From NCBI GenBank assembly GCA_054600435.1, contig BAAIJX010000097.1:1-46699 (forward strand): DNA of 46,699 nucleotides, in the 5' to 3' direction. The DNA comes from Neophaeotheca triangularis (taxonomy: Eukaryota). A model generated the notes under the pieces. That model had not been told where the DNA came from. It ran no database searches and saw only the letters and a list, made by a program, of their open reading frames with translations. Of the stretch, positions 1-11,095 are shown piece after piece (position 1 is the first letter of the stretch; each line of letters starts with the position of its first letter). The position numbers were made by a program, and so were the translations under genes.

Positions 1-450
1 ATAAGGAGGGGGAGAGATAGGGAGGGGGAGAGATAGGGAGGGTAAGAGATAGGGAAGGGGAGAGATAGGGAGGTAGAGGAGTTAGGTGGGTTTAGCGACT
101 AGGGTAGGAGGGGGAGGAGGGGGGGGAGGGGGGGGGTAAAGAGGAACAGAATAGGAGGGATTAGGAGGAAGGTAGAGACGGGAAGAGATAGGGAGGGGAA
201 GGGATAGGGACGGGAAGAGATAGGGACGGGGAGAGATAGGGAGGGTAAGAGATAGGGAGGGTAAGAGAGAGGGAGGTCGGGGAGGGGAGAGGAAATGGGG
301 GGACGGTTAGGGAGAGGATAGGGGGAGGGGAAGAGGCGAGAGTAGGAAAGAGGGAAAAGGAAACAGGCAAGGAAGGCAGGAGGATAGAAAGAGAGGGAAA
401 GGAGAGAGGGAGAAGGGAAGGGGGTAAAGGAAACGGGTGGGCGGGGGGGT
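1..450. repeat. Purine-rich low-complexity tract with recurrent GAGATAGGGAGG-type units
   Basis: Almost only G/A on the + strand; gagatagggagg and variants recur many times. The overlapping Pro/Ser/Leu ORFs are compositional artefacts. Confidence 0.8.
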
Positions 451-1372
451 AGTGGTGCAGATTATCAAGTCCGAAACTACGTAGTTTTTTCCCACAGGAC
501 GATGTGAGGGGGTGGTGGTGTTGGAAAGTGAGTCTTCCACAACCAGCCGCAGTCAGCTATATACTATACCACCACATGCGCCGGAGCTGAAGGGGGTAGA
601 AGAGTAAGATGACTAGGACGACGCCTCTCGACTGCCTACTAGCGTCGCTCGCGATGGGATTTCAAAGCTAGGGGCGGGGCTTCGTCGCGGAAAACTCACG
701 ATGAGCACCAACGAAGCTGGGAGGTCTTGGGAAATTGCCGCTGCTGTTGGCACTCGCTCGGGATCGCTTCCCTTTCTCGACACTCCAAAACCTAAGGCCC
801 TGCTTTTTTCTTTTTCTTTCTCTATCTCCTTCCCCTTTCCATCTCCTTCTCCTTCTCCTTTTCCATCTCCCTCTCCTTTTCCATCTCCCTTCCCTTCTCC
901 ATCTCTATATCAATGCCAATAGCGCCGTGCCGTGCCGTGCCATGTCGTGCCATGCTCGGTCAAACCGACAACCGCACGACCAGACTCATGCCGTGGGCAA
1001 TCCAGGCAAGCGAGACCAGCCGCGTGACATTTCAATGTAGTGCACCTTGGCGTTTCCATCGTACCATGTCGCGGCGTACAGAAGCAGGGCGGACCGCGGG
1101 CGAGATTTCGCTACGAAAGCAGAAAAAACAAGAAGCCCGCCCGACGCACTCGACTCCACCGACCTGCCAGCTAGCCAGCCAGCCAGCCATTCATACACAC
1201 ACACACAGAGCTCGAGTCCGGAGCCACCGAGAAGCGGAAGCGCCTCCCATCTAAGCCTTCCTCCAAACTACCTCCAGTCCCAAAGAAAGAATCACGAAGC
1301 CAAACCCTCCCCCACCATCCTCCCCCGCAAAAGCCCATCTGCCCCCCTTCCGCCCTTAAAACCTCAAAAAAA

Positions 1373-3481
1373 TCAAACCACCACCCCCCCCTCCCACCCC
1401 CCCCTAGCAATCTCATAACTCAAAACGGTAAAATCCGCAAACTGCACCAACAACCTCCACCTCCGGCCGGCCCTCGCGGCGCCCTGCAACGGCGAAACCG
1501 CCAACCCCAACAACCCGGCTCCGACGGGCCTGGATCCCTCAGCCTCTTGACTGGCAAAAGGCAAAACGGCGTGGACGCGCATGGCGAAAAGGCCGGTCTC
1601 GCCGACGCGAGTGAGGGCTAAGATCGCCAGGCGGCCTTTTTGGGAGCCCGCGATGGCGATGCCGAGCGAGGGGATGTGGGCGTGGAGGTTTAGGCGGTCT
1701 TGGTGGTGGGAGAGGTTGAGGAGGGTTGTTGGGGGAGGGAGGGTTTGGCGGAGCGGGTGCTGGAGTTGGAGCGCTGGGGGGTTGAAGGGGCCTTGGTGCG
1801 TGGGTTGGTGCGAGGGTTGCAGGAGGTAGGCGTTGTGGGCGCTTAGGTGGAGGATTGGCGTTGGCAGGTCGGCGCAGAGGGGTTGGGTGGGGCGGACGAA
1901 TTTGGGGGGGGCGGGGTGGGAGCGGTTGGGGCGGGGAGGGGCGTGGGATCTTGTTGGTTGGGAGGGGGTTGAGGGGGATGGGGAGGCCGGGGCTGTGGTT
2001 GGGGAGGTAGGGGCCTCGTGGGGGTTGGGGGGGTTTTCTTCGTCCGAGGATGGGTCGAGGGAGTCGAGGTCCGAGTATTGGTCGAGTAGTTCTTCTATCA
2101 GAGCTAGGCGGTCTTCCTCGCTCAAGCGGTCTGTAAGTGTTGCTTGTCGTGGGCTGTTTGACTCGTCGGTTGGGTTTTGAGATTGTCTTCTTGGTGGCGG
2201 TCTGTAGACGAAGGAGGTGGACATGTCTTTTACGTGGGCCAGGCTGTCGGTAATGTCCCAGACTTGTGCATCTTCGGGGGGCTTTTCGTTAGACTCAATC
2301 CCTAGAGCGGCCTCGATTGTTGGTTCTGGGACGAAAGAGCGGCGGTCCAGGAAGAAGATTCCCCAGCCTGAGTTGCTCGAATCATAGCCTCCGAGAGCTT
2401 CTGCCAAGGGTCCTGCGCCGAAGCGGAATGTTTGGCATGGGACTCCAAAAGGATCGGCTGCTTTCAAGTCCATTACACGACAGAGACCGCTAATATCTGT
2501 TGTCAGGAGCCATCTGCCTTCAGGGTCGTCGCCAGTGTTGCAAAAGGAGATGTGGGGAATATTGGAGTAGCCGTTCAGAATCTCCAGAGTAGTGTCTGTC
2601 TTTCGCTCTCGTAGTGCGGCCCCTCCATCATGGTCGTCCTCATCGCCGCTGTTTTGCCCAGAATCGTCCTCGTACTCGTCCAATAGGCCAAACTTGAAAA
2701 CATTCACTTCATGATTGTTAGAGCTCACGGCGATTATCCGAGCCGAGGTATGCAAAGCCAATCCCCAAGCGCTATTGCCGACATTCTCCTGGAAAATAGG
2801 TCTGACCTCATCCGTCTCCAGACCGAGCTCACATTCGGGGTCTTGACGCCTCTCGATAGCCGAGACGATGTGGCGGATCAAAAACGCCTCAGCATCGCCA
2901 TCGTCACGCACGACGGCGACGACTTCTTCGGTGCCCAGAAACTGTACCACCAGATTGTTGGCGGCATGTGGCTGGGTGGCATCCAAATGTCCCGGAAGAT
3001 GCGGAGCGGACGGGGTCGACTTGATGATCAGCGCGGGTTGAGACGGTAGCGCTTGGGTCGGGTATTGTGGGACATAGCAGTACAAGTCGCTGGCGTAGAC
3101 GACAAAGTAGAGGTTGTGGACTTGTGAAAGGGCAGTCTAAGTTTGCTCGGTGGTCAGACGTGTGCAACGTTTGACCGGGGGAGAGCGAAAGGAAGTGAAG
3201 GTAGTAAGAATGGGCTGGCTTTGTTAGGGTAGTACGTACCAGATTGTTACGCCTAACGCGGATGGGTCAGCTTCAAGGAACAGGGGAAAAAGAAAAAAAA
3301 AGATGGATGGGGGAGAGGAAAGTCAGCGAGCAACGATAACCTACCATGCGCAAGGAGCGGGTACATGATGTCGATCGAAGTCGCCACGGCGTCTCTTGCC
3401 TGGAAAGCGTTGGTCAAAAGGCTGGACGCCAGTCGCGGTTACGACGAGCTGGTTGAAAGATGGCTTTGCACCCGTGGTCAT
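1373..3481 (-). CDS. CRT10: CRT10-family protein; exons 3481-3345, 3252-3240, 3136-1373
   Basis: Splicing intron 3344-3253 (GTAGGT..GCTGAC..TAG) and intron 3239-3137 (GTACGT..CTGAC..TAG) rebuilds the motif W-RNNL-TALSQVHNLYFV. Downstream motifs: NNLVVQFLGTEEVVAVVRDDGD, SAWGLALHTSARIIAVSSNNHEVNVF, NIPHISF, DRLN..IPSLGIAIAGSQKGR. The start ATG at 3481 is the best guess. Confidence 0.85.
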
Positions 3482-4379
3482 TGTTGGTGATGGCGCCACT
3501 CCCGATGATGAGCTGTGACTATGAAATAATTGTGCGATGGAGTTGGTCGGGTGCAACGGTAGAGCTGTCAAGCAATATGTGGTAGCGTTGTAACCTGCTT
3601 CAAGTTGGCCCGGGGGTGTAGCACAGTAGCGGTCGTGATTGACCAGTACTGGTCGTTCGGCTGAAGAGAGTTCATGCGAGTATCCGTATGTATGCAATTG
3701 AGGCAGTGGTGGTAGTAGTGTGAGTAGTAAGGTACTGTATGTATGTACCTCCTCCTATCGTATTATTGTCGGGCTTGTACGGGTGGGTAGTAACAATGGA
3801 CACTTTTGAGTTGTATTTTATTGTAGTCAGATGACAGACACGTGGGATTTATTTGATTCTTTTTTCGATATTGCGGGTGAATGTCGACTCCGGTAGGTGG
3901 GTTCTGGTCAATAATGAAGAAAATGACGTGGGGGGGGGGGGATGAATAGCTAGAGGGGGAACATGGGGGGAAGCTCGAGGTGACGATCAAGGAGAATGGA
4001 AGGAAGAAAGCTCGGGTCGGTGGGTGGGCCGAGACAAAAGCAGAAGCCACAGGTCCGTCCGGCTCGCTGCAGCAGTTCTCACTTCTCACTTCTCACTTGA
4101 AGCCGTTCTGTTACACAACAATCGACTGCTCGTCTACTCCCAACCTTACTGGCTGTCTTACTTAGTAGGTATGTAATAATGCTCGTTCGTCGCCCGTCGC
4201 CCGTCACCGTCACCGTCACACAGCATAACGAGTACTAAGTATGCACAAGCACAAGTATACGTATGTACACACACGTACACACACGTACATACACCTACAC
4301 ATGCTTTGAGCCACCCCTTCCACACGTCCAACAGCCAGTCATCACTCCTACCTCCTAGCATGAACGGCATGATACTGTA

Positions 4380-4530
4380 TCATACCATTTCATACCATAC
4401 CATACCATACCATACCGTAGGATAGGATACCCCCTCTTCCCACTCGAGCTACGTCGTCTGCCTTACTACTACTACTGCTACTACTACTACTATCACTACC
4501 ACTACCACTACCGCTACTACTACCACTACA
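4380..4530. repeat. Microsatellites (CATAC)n and (CTA/CCA)n
   Basis: cataccataccatacc at about 4380-4415; ctactactact/ctaccacta run at about 4464-4530. Confidence 0.85.
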
Positions 4531-5388
4531 GCTCTCTCGGCAGTGTCATGTAGCACCCTTTGCCAAATCTACCACACACGCCCGCCGCTCTTCACTCTTC
4601 CGTCCTTGTGCTGCGTGCGCTTGCGCGTGCGCGTGCAACACACAGCTGCAGCCGTCATCAAAAGCATTGCCCTCTTCGTGTTACCTTGGCCCAACACCAA
4701 CACCAATACCACCACCACCATCCACCTCCACCTCCACCTCCTTCTCCACCAACCCTACGTCCAGCTCAATCTTCTTCTTCTTCTTCTTCTTCTTTTCTTT
4801 TATTGCACGACATCAACTGCCGTGAAACCAATCACCTTTCACCTTTCACCAATTACACTACCTTGGACTGTCCTCTCTAACCGAAGCTCGCTCTGTCCCC
4901 CGATTCCCTCACAACTACCAAACCTAACCCAACCGTCTCTCCGCCAAGACCCTGTTCACTACCACAACCGCCCGCTCCTGTGCCTCAACCTTTCCCACTT
5001 GTCCACCTGAAATCCCTCCCGGTTGGCTCTGCTGTGACTGGGCGAGGCTTGAACTGCACCTCTGCCACGCCTTTTTCTATTCCCTCCCCACCCTGCACCC
5101 TGTCCCAAATAGAAAACGCAACCCTCGCACGTCTCCTGTGCAACACAAACCCTCTTCCGCCGGACGCGCATCAAACAAAGACCCTCGCAACTTTAAGTCA
5201 ACCCAGTCTCCCATGAACTCGCAGAAATCGGAGCCCCGCCACTTGTTGTTGCTTCGCAACTCCCTGACTGACTTGCGTGACGTCCATATCCCTTCGTCGA
5301 CGTCCGCTGCTCCACCTTACAAAGAAGCGCCTTGACCGGGAGAGAGAGAATATTATTCGTCTACATCAATCAATAAACGACACCTACC

Positions 5389-6468
5389 ATGAAAGACCCC
5401 ACCTTTGCCTCGACGCCATGGTCCGACTCCCTCGCCTTCCGCGTCCGGATTGAGGAATCTCAACCCTACTCCTTCCCTCTGCCAATCTTTCCAACCGAAC
5501 AAAACCTCGACGCCAAATCGATACGAGAACCAGCGCCGCCGACGATCCAACGGCCTACCGCCGCCACTGCCAAGAAACCGTCTACAGGGCTCAGAGTTCT
5601 CCACCGATCCGATGACTACGACGACAACCTCTGCAGTCTCCTAGACACGGACTCAGTAATCCTACTCACGACTCCCGTCATCATCCCAGCAAGCCCAACC
5701 AATACCACCACCACAACCACCACCACCACCCCCAAAACCCCAGGCCACAACCCCACCCCCACCAAATCCAAACCCACCAAACCCACCCCATCCAAACCCA
5801 AAACCAAACTACCCCCCACCCCGACCCCGACCCTTCCCCTCTCCCAAACCCCAACCACCCAAACCGACCCTTTCGAACCCCTCGGCCGCTCTCTCGCCCG
5901 CCGCCACAGCCGCATCCGCCACGTCCCCTACATCCCCTCGCTAGGCAAAACCCCCTACCACGACGAATTCCTCTCCCGAGCCCGAGGCCTGATAATCGTA
6001 GTATGCGAGCCACAACAACAACAGCAGCAAACCCAAACTTCCAACCCCGCCAGCACTGCCCAACCCACCAGCACTCCCCACCCCGCCAGCCCTCCCCACC
6101 CCGCCAGCCCTCCCCACCCCGCCAGCAGCCTCTCCTCCCAACTCGCTCTCGCGGCAGACCTCGCTTCCACCACTGCTGGCGCCAGAGCCAGCGGCGTGCC
6201 GAGCGTGCTGCTCTGCTACTGCTGTTCCGCGAGCGGAGAGGGCTTTCGGGACGCTGCTAACCCTAGTGCTGATGCTGATGCTGATGCTGATGCTGATGCT
6301 GATGTTGGTGTTGGCTGCGGGGAGCGAATGACGGCGCTTTTGCGGGATTTCTTGGCTGGGGGCGCGCTTGAGGATGCTTTTTCGCTTGTTGTGCTTGCTG
6401 GGGCTTGGGATGGGGCGAGTGGGGCGGTCGAGGAGGTTGTTGGGGTTTGTTTTGAGGAGGTGGGGTGA
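5389..6468 (+). CDS. Conserved fungal protein resembling the C-terminal domain of fungal GH3 beta-N-acetylglucosaminidases, with low-complexity insertions
   Basis: 359-aa ATG ORF with VILLTTPV...DPFEPLGRSLARRHSRIRHVPY..G.TPYHDEFLSRARGLIIV. I recognise this as similar to the second domain of fungal GH3 NAGases. No GH3 N-terminal catalytic barrel is present. Confidence 0.6.
   Translation: MKDPTFASTPWSDSLAFRVRIEESQPYSFPLPIFPTEQNLDAKSIREPAPPTIQRPTAATAKKPSTGLRVLHRSDDYDDNLCSLLDTDSVILLTTPVIIPASPTNTTTTTTTTTPKTPGHNPTPTKSKPTKPTPSKPKTKLPPTPTPTLPLSQTPTTQTDPFEPLGRSLARRHSRIRHVPYIPSLGKTPYHDEFLSRARGLIIVVCEPQQQQQQTQTSNPASTAQPTSTPHPASPPHPASPPHPASSLSSQLALAADLASTTAGARASGVPSVLLCYCCSASGEGFRDAANPSADADADADADADVGVGCGERMTALLRDFLAGGALEDAFSLVVLAGAWDGASGAVEEVVGVCFEEVG
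6076..6303 (+). repeat. Coding repeats: 18-bp unit x3 (PHPASP) and (GCTGAT)x6 (AD repeat)
   Basis: ccccaccccgccagc(cct) at 6076, 6094 and 6112; gctgat x6 at 6268-6303. Confidence 0.9.
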
Positions 6469-7187
6469 GGATGGAGCTTAGAGGAGAAGGGGATGGGGAA
6501 GGGGACTGGCTTTTTTTTTTTTTCACTTCTTTTTTTTTTCGGTGGTGTTGTTTGAAGAGGGCTGGATGGCTGGATGGGTGGATACCGCGTCCCTGACGAA
6601 TATTGTTTCTTGAACGACCTGTTTCTTCCTTCTCTCCCGCTCCTTCTCTCTTCTTTCTGACTTTCCTCGCTTCTCGGCTGTTACAAGTGGTTTTCGGGAG
6701 TTTTGCACCTTCCTAGGGTGTTTTCCCCTCCTATTGGCTTTCATACCAACTCTCCCGTATCTACCCCAACGACCACAACGACGCGACCGCAAGACATGGA
6801 TACTCGAAATTTCCTTTCTCCAGCACCCCACCGCGACGAACCAACCCAGCGCCGTGCCTCTCTCCTACTAGTCCTCAACTCCGTTCCCGCCCCCCCTCTC
6901 TCCCTAACTAGCTGGCTACCATCCGCTCCCGTCGGACTACTCCCCAACTCTCAACCGTCCGTCTACACTCCCTCAGCAGCGACGCTGTCCCACATCTCTC
7001 CCGAAGAACCGCCTACCGCTCTCGCCTGCCTGCCTGATCGCAGTAGCCCGCTTTCCCGGCTCCAGTCTCTCCGGCTGGCTGGCTGGCTGGCTGGGTACTT
7101 ACCAACCGAGTCCCGCTCCTCTCTACCTGGTTCTGAAACGCTTGCCTGCTTGTTGCTACGCCGACTCCAAGTCTAACTCTACTCTCG

Positions 7188-7430
7188 GCTAGACTTCCTA
7201 GCTAGACTTCCCAGCTAGACTTCCCGGCTCGACAACCCAGCTCGATAACCCGGCTCGACAATCTAGCTCGATTTCTTAGCCCAACTCAACTCCTCCCAGC
7301 TCAGCTTAGCTCTACCCTTTCCAGCTTAACTCAACTCAACTCAACCCAACTTAACTCAGCTCAACCCAACTCAACCCAACTCAACTCAACCCAACTCAAC
7401 TCAGTTCAACCCCTTCCTTCCAGCTCAACT
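7188..7430. repeat. Degenerate 13-bp tandem repeat (about 7 copies) followed by a (CTCAA/CCCAA)n pentamer array
   Basis: Units gctagacttccta / gctagacttccca / gctagacttcccg / gctcgacaaccca / gctcgataacccg / gctcgacaatcta / gctcgatttctta, then aactcaactcaacccaac. Confidence 0.85.
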
Positions 7431-7521
7431 CAGCACATCACAACCCAAGCCACCGACCCGAAAATTCCACAGCGGGCTTTTCCGCAACGGGTCTGGCCCG
7501 GAGTTTCAATCTCCCGGCTTT

Positions 7522-7715
7522 GCTCGACTCGACTTGACTAGACTCGTTGGGCCTACCGTTCGCAGCCGAGGAAAAGGGGGAGGGTTTGGCTCGACTCGAC
7601 TAGACTCGTTGGGCCTACCGTTCGCAGCTGAGGAAAAGGGGAGGGTTTGGCTCGACTCGACTAGACTCGTTGCGCCTACCGTTCGCAGCCGAGGAAAAGG
7701 GGAGGGGTCGGCTCG
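7522..7715. repeat. About 61-bp tandem repeat x3 (minisatellite)
   Basis: gctcgactcgactagactcgttgggcctaccgttcgcagccgaggaaaaggggagggtttg begins at 7522, 7589 and 7650; head-to-tail with no spacers. Confidence 0.95.
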
Positions 7716-9001
7716 CTAGTGGGGATTGGAGAGCCGGAGAGCCCGAGAGCTCTGCGGGAGGCTCGTGCGGCACTGCGCGGTGGTGTGGTGTGGTGCGAAG
7801 TTCGTCTGGTATCGGGTCAAGGGGCTAGCTAGCTGGGCACTGGTGGGAGTTGTGGATTGAGCTTGTGCAGGGGCGGGAGTGCTGAGTTGGATGGGTGGGC
7901 GTGCAGGGCTAGGGGTCGAGAGCCGTTGATTTTTGACTCTTGACGGCCGTGTTGCTTGGTTGTTAAGCTTTGGGTTTGCGCGTTTGATTTATTGTTTTTG
8001 GGGGTTTTTTGGGTGAAAGTCACGAGTACGGACGTACATACAGTACGCTTGGGTAGGGGAGGGTAGTTCGTTGGTCTTTTTCGTTTTCGTACATAGGTAT
8101 TCGCCTTTTCAGACTGCCAGGCTTGTGTCTTGGTGTTTGACTATGGGAAATTGAAACTGGACTTCAGATTGGCCATGTATACAGTATTTCCGGCTACCTG
8201 GACGGCGCAACGGACCCCTTGCGACCTACCTAACTCTGCCGTATCGTGCCATCTGCCCATTGTTGTTGAGGTAGCTGTTGAGGTGGCCGTTGCCAGTAGA
8301 CCGCCTTCTGGCTCTCTTATCTAGCTGTCTAGCTCTTTCGGCCGGCAAGGGAAATGACCTACAGATCGCTTCTCCAGCTAGGAGAGGAGCTTGCCCTCAC
8401 CCTCTGGGTGTTGAGGACTAGCTCGGTCTTGCCACACAAATTTCATGGATGCAACAAAGCCGGATCCAGAGTCTACGACTGAGTACTAGCTCGGACTCTG
8501 CGCTCAGGGTAAGTAGCTTCTGTGGTTCCAGCTCTCCGGCTGCTGGCGCCAGGTAAAGGGCGAGTAGCACGTCGTAGAAGCAAGGGCTAGGCGCCGACGG
8601 AGGGTGGTTGCGTAAGACTAGAGGGGGATGTCGGCGGGGACGGGTTGAAGGAAGTGGCTCTTTGTCTTAATGTTCTCGCGGCTGGTTTCGGTTTCCGTGG
8701 CCGTGCTGTACTTGCTTGTTTGCGTTTTGCCTGCACGAGACATGGCGCTGCTGCTCTTGTAGCGAGAGTTGCGGTGTTTGCTGTCACAACGTAGATCTTT
8801 GCTCCCGGAGGCTCGCTCGCACGGTTTCATTGCCGGACTGCTGGAGTAGCTGGGAGCTGTTTAAGGGGCGGAGTTGGCCTTTTTCGTGGTGCTTGTTGCG
8901 CTTATTGATGGCTATTTTGTCCGAGGATGCTCGGAAGATTCTACTTACATATCGATGGGGTAGCATTCATGTAGCTGCTTCATGACTAAACCGGTCTTTC
9001 C

Positions 9002-10366
9002 TTATGTCGTGAACGGGTGAAGTTGAATTGGTAAGTGGGACCAGATTACATACCTCCCGACAACAGAATCATTCCTTGAGAATCTCCTCTTCAACCAAGA
9101 TAAACCGTTGATTGCCGCCAACGCTGTTCTAACGAAAAGCCATTCCCCAAGCCCCTCGATATGAAGAAGCCATAGATGTGAGCTAATGTCCTCAATCGTT
9201 TTCTGCGACCGAGGCACGCTGTCCGCATCGTAATGATCAATAGCCTGGCGAACGCTGGTACAGCTCGACAGTTGCTTAGCCAGGTCCACAGCATCCTTAA
9301 GCGCCATATCGGCCCCTAACCTGTGGTTCGCATCACCGATGACAGCAACATTCGCGCTGGGTAGCTTCTGAGCATGTGAGATGGGCGAATTGCGCATAGC
9401 GCTGTAAACCTGGAGAGTCGCGGGATCCGTGGCTTCTATGCACTGGTTGAAGGGCTCGCGGAACATGTTGCCCCTTTGGCGGACTTCGTCGAGAATCTCC
9501 TGCTTCCAGCGTATTGCCTCGTCACCGCGTATGCTGTTTCTGGGCTTTTCGGAGGCACAACTGAGCGCCCAGACGCCTGTCAAGGCGTCGACGGGAGATG
9601 TCGAGAAGGCGACTCCTTTGCCACTGATGTTGTCGCCCCATTTGTGCTTCAGCGGATCTGGCTTCTCGGACGCGAACCGAGATATTCCCCTGAAAACAAT
9701 GATCCCGGTGTAGTCGAGAGTTCTGTCGTATAGTAAGGCGGAGCGGACTTTGCTATTGGCGCCATCGGCCGCGATCAACAAGTCGCATTCGTCTGCCGTG
9801 CCGTCGTTGAGGTTGACTCGAACTCGGCCACTATCCAGCACATCGACAGAATCGCAGCCTGTGTTCCAATGTGTTTCTGCATCCGTGGGCAGGCTGCTCA
9901 TTAACACGTCCTTCAAGGCATGTCTAACAAGAAAGATGCCCCTGGAGGGCGAACCGTCCTCCGACGTTTTCGGAGAGCAATACTGGTTCAACGGCTGCCA
10001 GTCTCGTGTCCATAATGTTCGAAGCGATTCGGTCCCGCTCAAACCAATAGTGTTGGACTGTAAAGCAGCATCGAGCAATCCGAGCTCCTTCAAAGCAGCC
10101 AATCCAGACTCGGGTTTGAGGCTTGTGGTGTAGCCCTCGCGTCCGCGATCGAGCGAGTTGGCAGATCTCTGATACAACACGATCTGAGGTTTTGGGTGTT
10201 CTTGGTGTCAACTTCGCTCTCTCGCGGTTGCGAATGCTAGACCAGCGATACCGGCTCCTATGATGATGATGCGCTTGCCGGCGAGGTCATGTTTTTTGCG
10301 CCGTAGGGAAACATGGCACCGGTGGTCAGAGAAAAGGATGTTGGCTGTGCGTACGTGTCTTGCCAT
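9002..10366 (-). pseudogene. FAD-dependent monooxygenase (UbiH/aromatic hydroxylase type), probably pseudogenised
   Basis: Rossmann motif KRIIIIGAGIAGLAFA, DG motif DLLIAADGANSKVR and GD motif VIGDANH are present. An in-frame TGA at 10210-10208 splits two same-frame ORFs (..ERS*HQEHPKPQIVLYQR). The GD motif looks about 6 aa short (GDANHRLGADMAL). The start is uncertain. Confidence 0.8.
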
Positions 10367-11095
10367 TGATATTATCCTCATCCCGCTGCCAGAATTCTGG
10401 CTGTATCCATGCACTAGGAGACAACTCAGAGGATAAGAACACTTAGGTAAACGAAGCAGGCGAACCAGGCTTTAGCTTAAGGCAGTAGAAAACTGTTGTA
10501 CTGTCATGCCAAGACATAGACGCGAGACCTCAAGCGATGCTTTCGTACCACAAATTGCAGCGCCTCATCCTTCCTGACGAGCCCTATCGAAGGCGTCGAC
10601 CAGTCCCCAAGGCCTCCGAGCTGCATTCCCCTGCCCAGCTTGTATAGAACGAGCCAGAAAACACGCTCGGACATCATAGATGCAGGCGGCCTCGTAGAAA
10701 GAAAGGAAGGATGATGCGAGCGAAGGAGCTATCTATGGCTGCCGGGAGCTTTTGAGTTGCCGGGAGCTCTTGGGTAGAATCCATGTTCTTGAGATGCGTG
10801 GCTCGAGTCCGGTCGAAAGTCCGGGTAGGTCAAGTGTGTCGAGTCCCGACGCCATTGTTCTGTGCCGTTTTGGTGCGTAAGAAAAAGAGCGTTGTCACGT
10901 CTTTTGAGGCAGCAAGAACTCAGAGCAACGAGGGAAAAGAGACGATCGATTTTTGGAACATTGGTAATCGTTACGGGTATTTAGCGCCCCAACTAGCTAC
11001 ACCATCCATCCACTCGTACTCATATCCTCTCAACCATTGCATGCTATAATCGCTCTCTTCAATGAAAATTTTCTACACTCTTGCCCAAAGGCCTC

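Noticed and set aside
161..1418. Several 70-120 aa ORFs rich in P/S/L/F
   Set aside because: They derive from purine/pyrimidine low-complexity tracts and the CRT10 3' flank; no domain signal.
4158..5335. Multiple overlapping short ORFs
   Set aside because: Microsatellite-derived sequence in the divergent promoter/UTR region; no recognisable protein features.
7522..7715. Three near-identical repeats, superficially CRISPR-like
   Set aside because: Head-to-tail with no unique spacers, no cas genes and a eukaryotic context; this is a minisatellite.
8178..8210. TA-CAGT motif resembling a Tc1/mariner TIR start
   Set aside because: I found no matching inverted copy and no transposase remnant.
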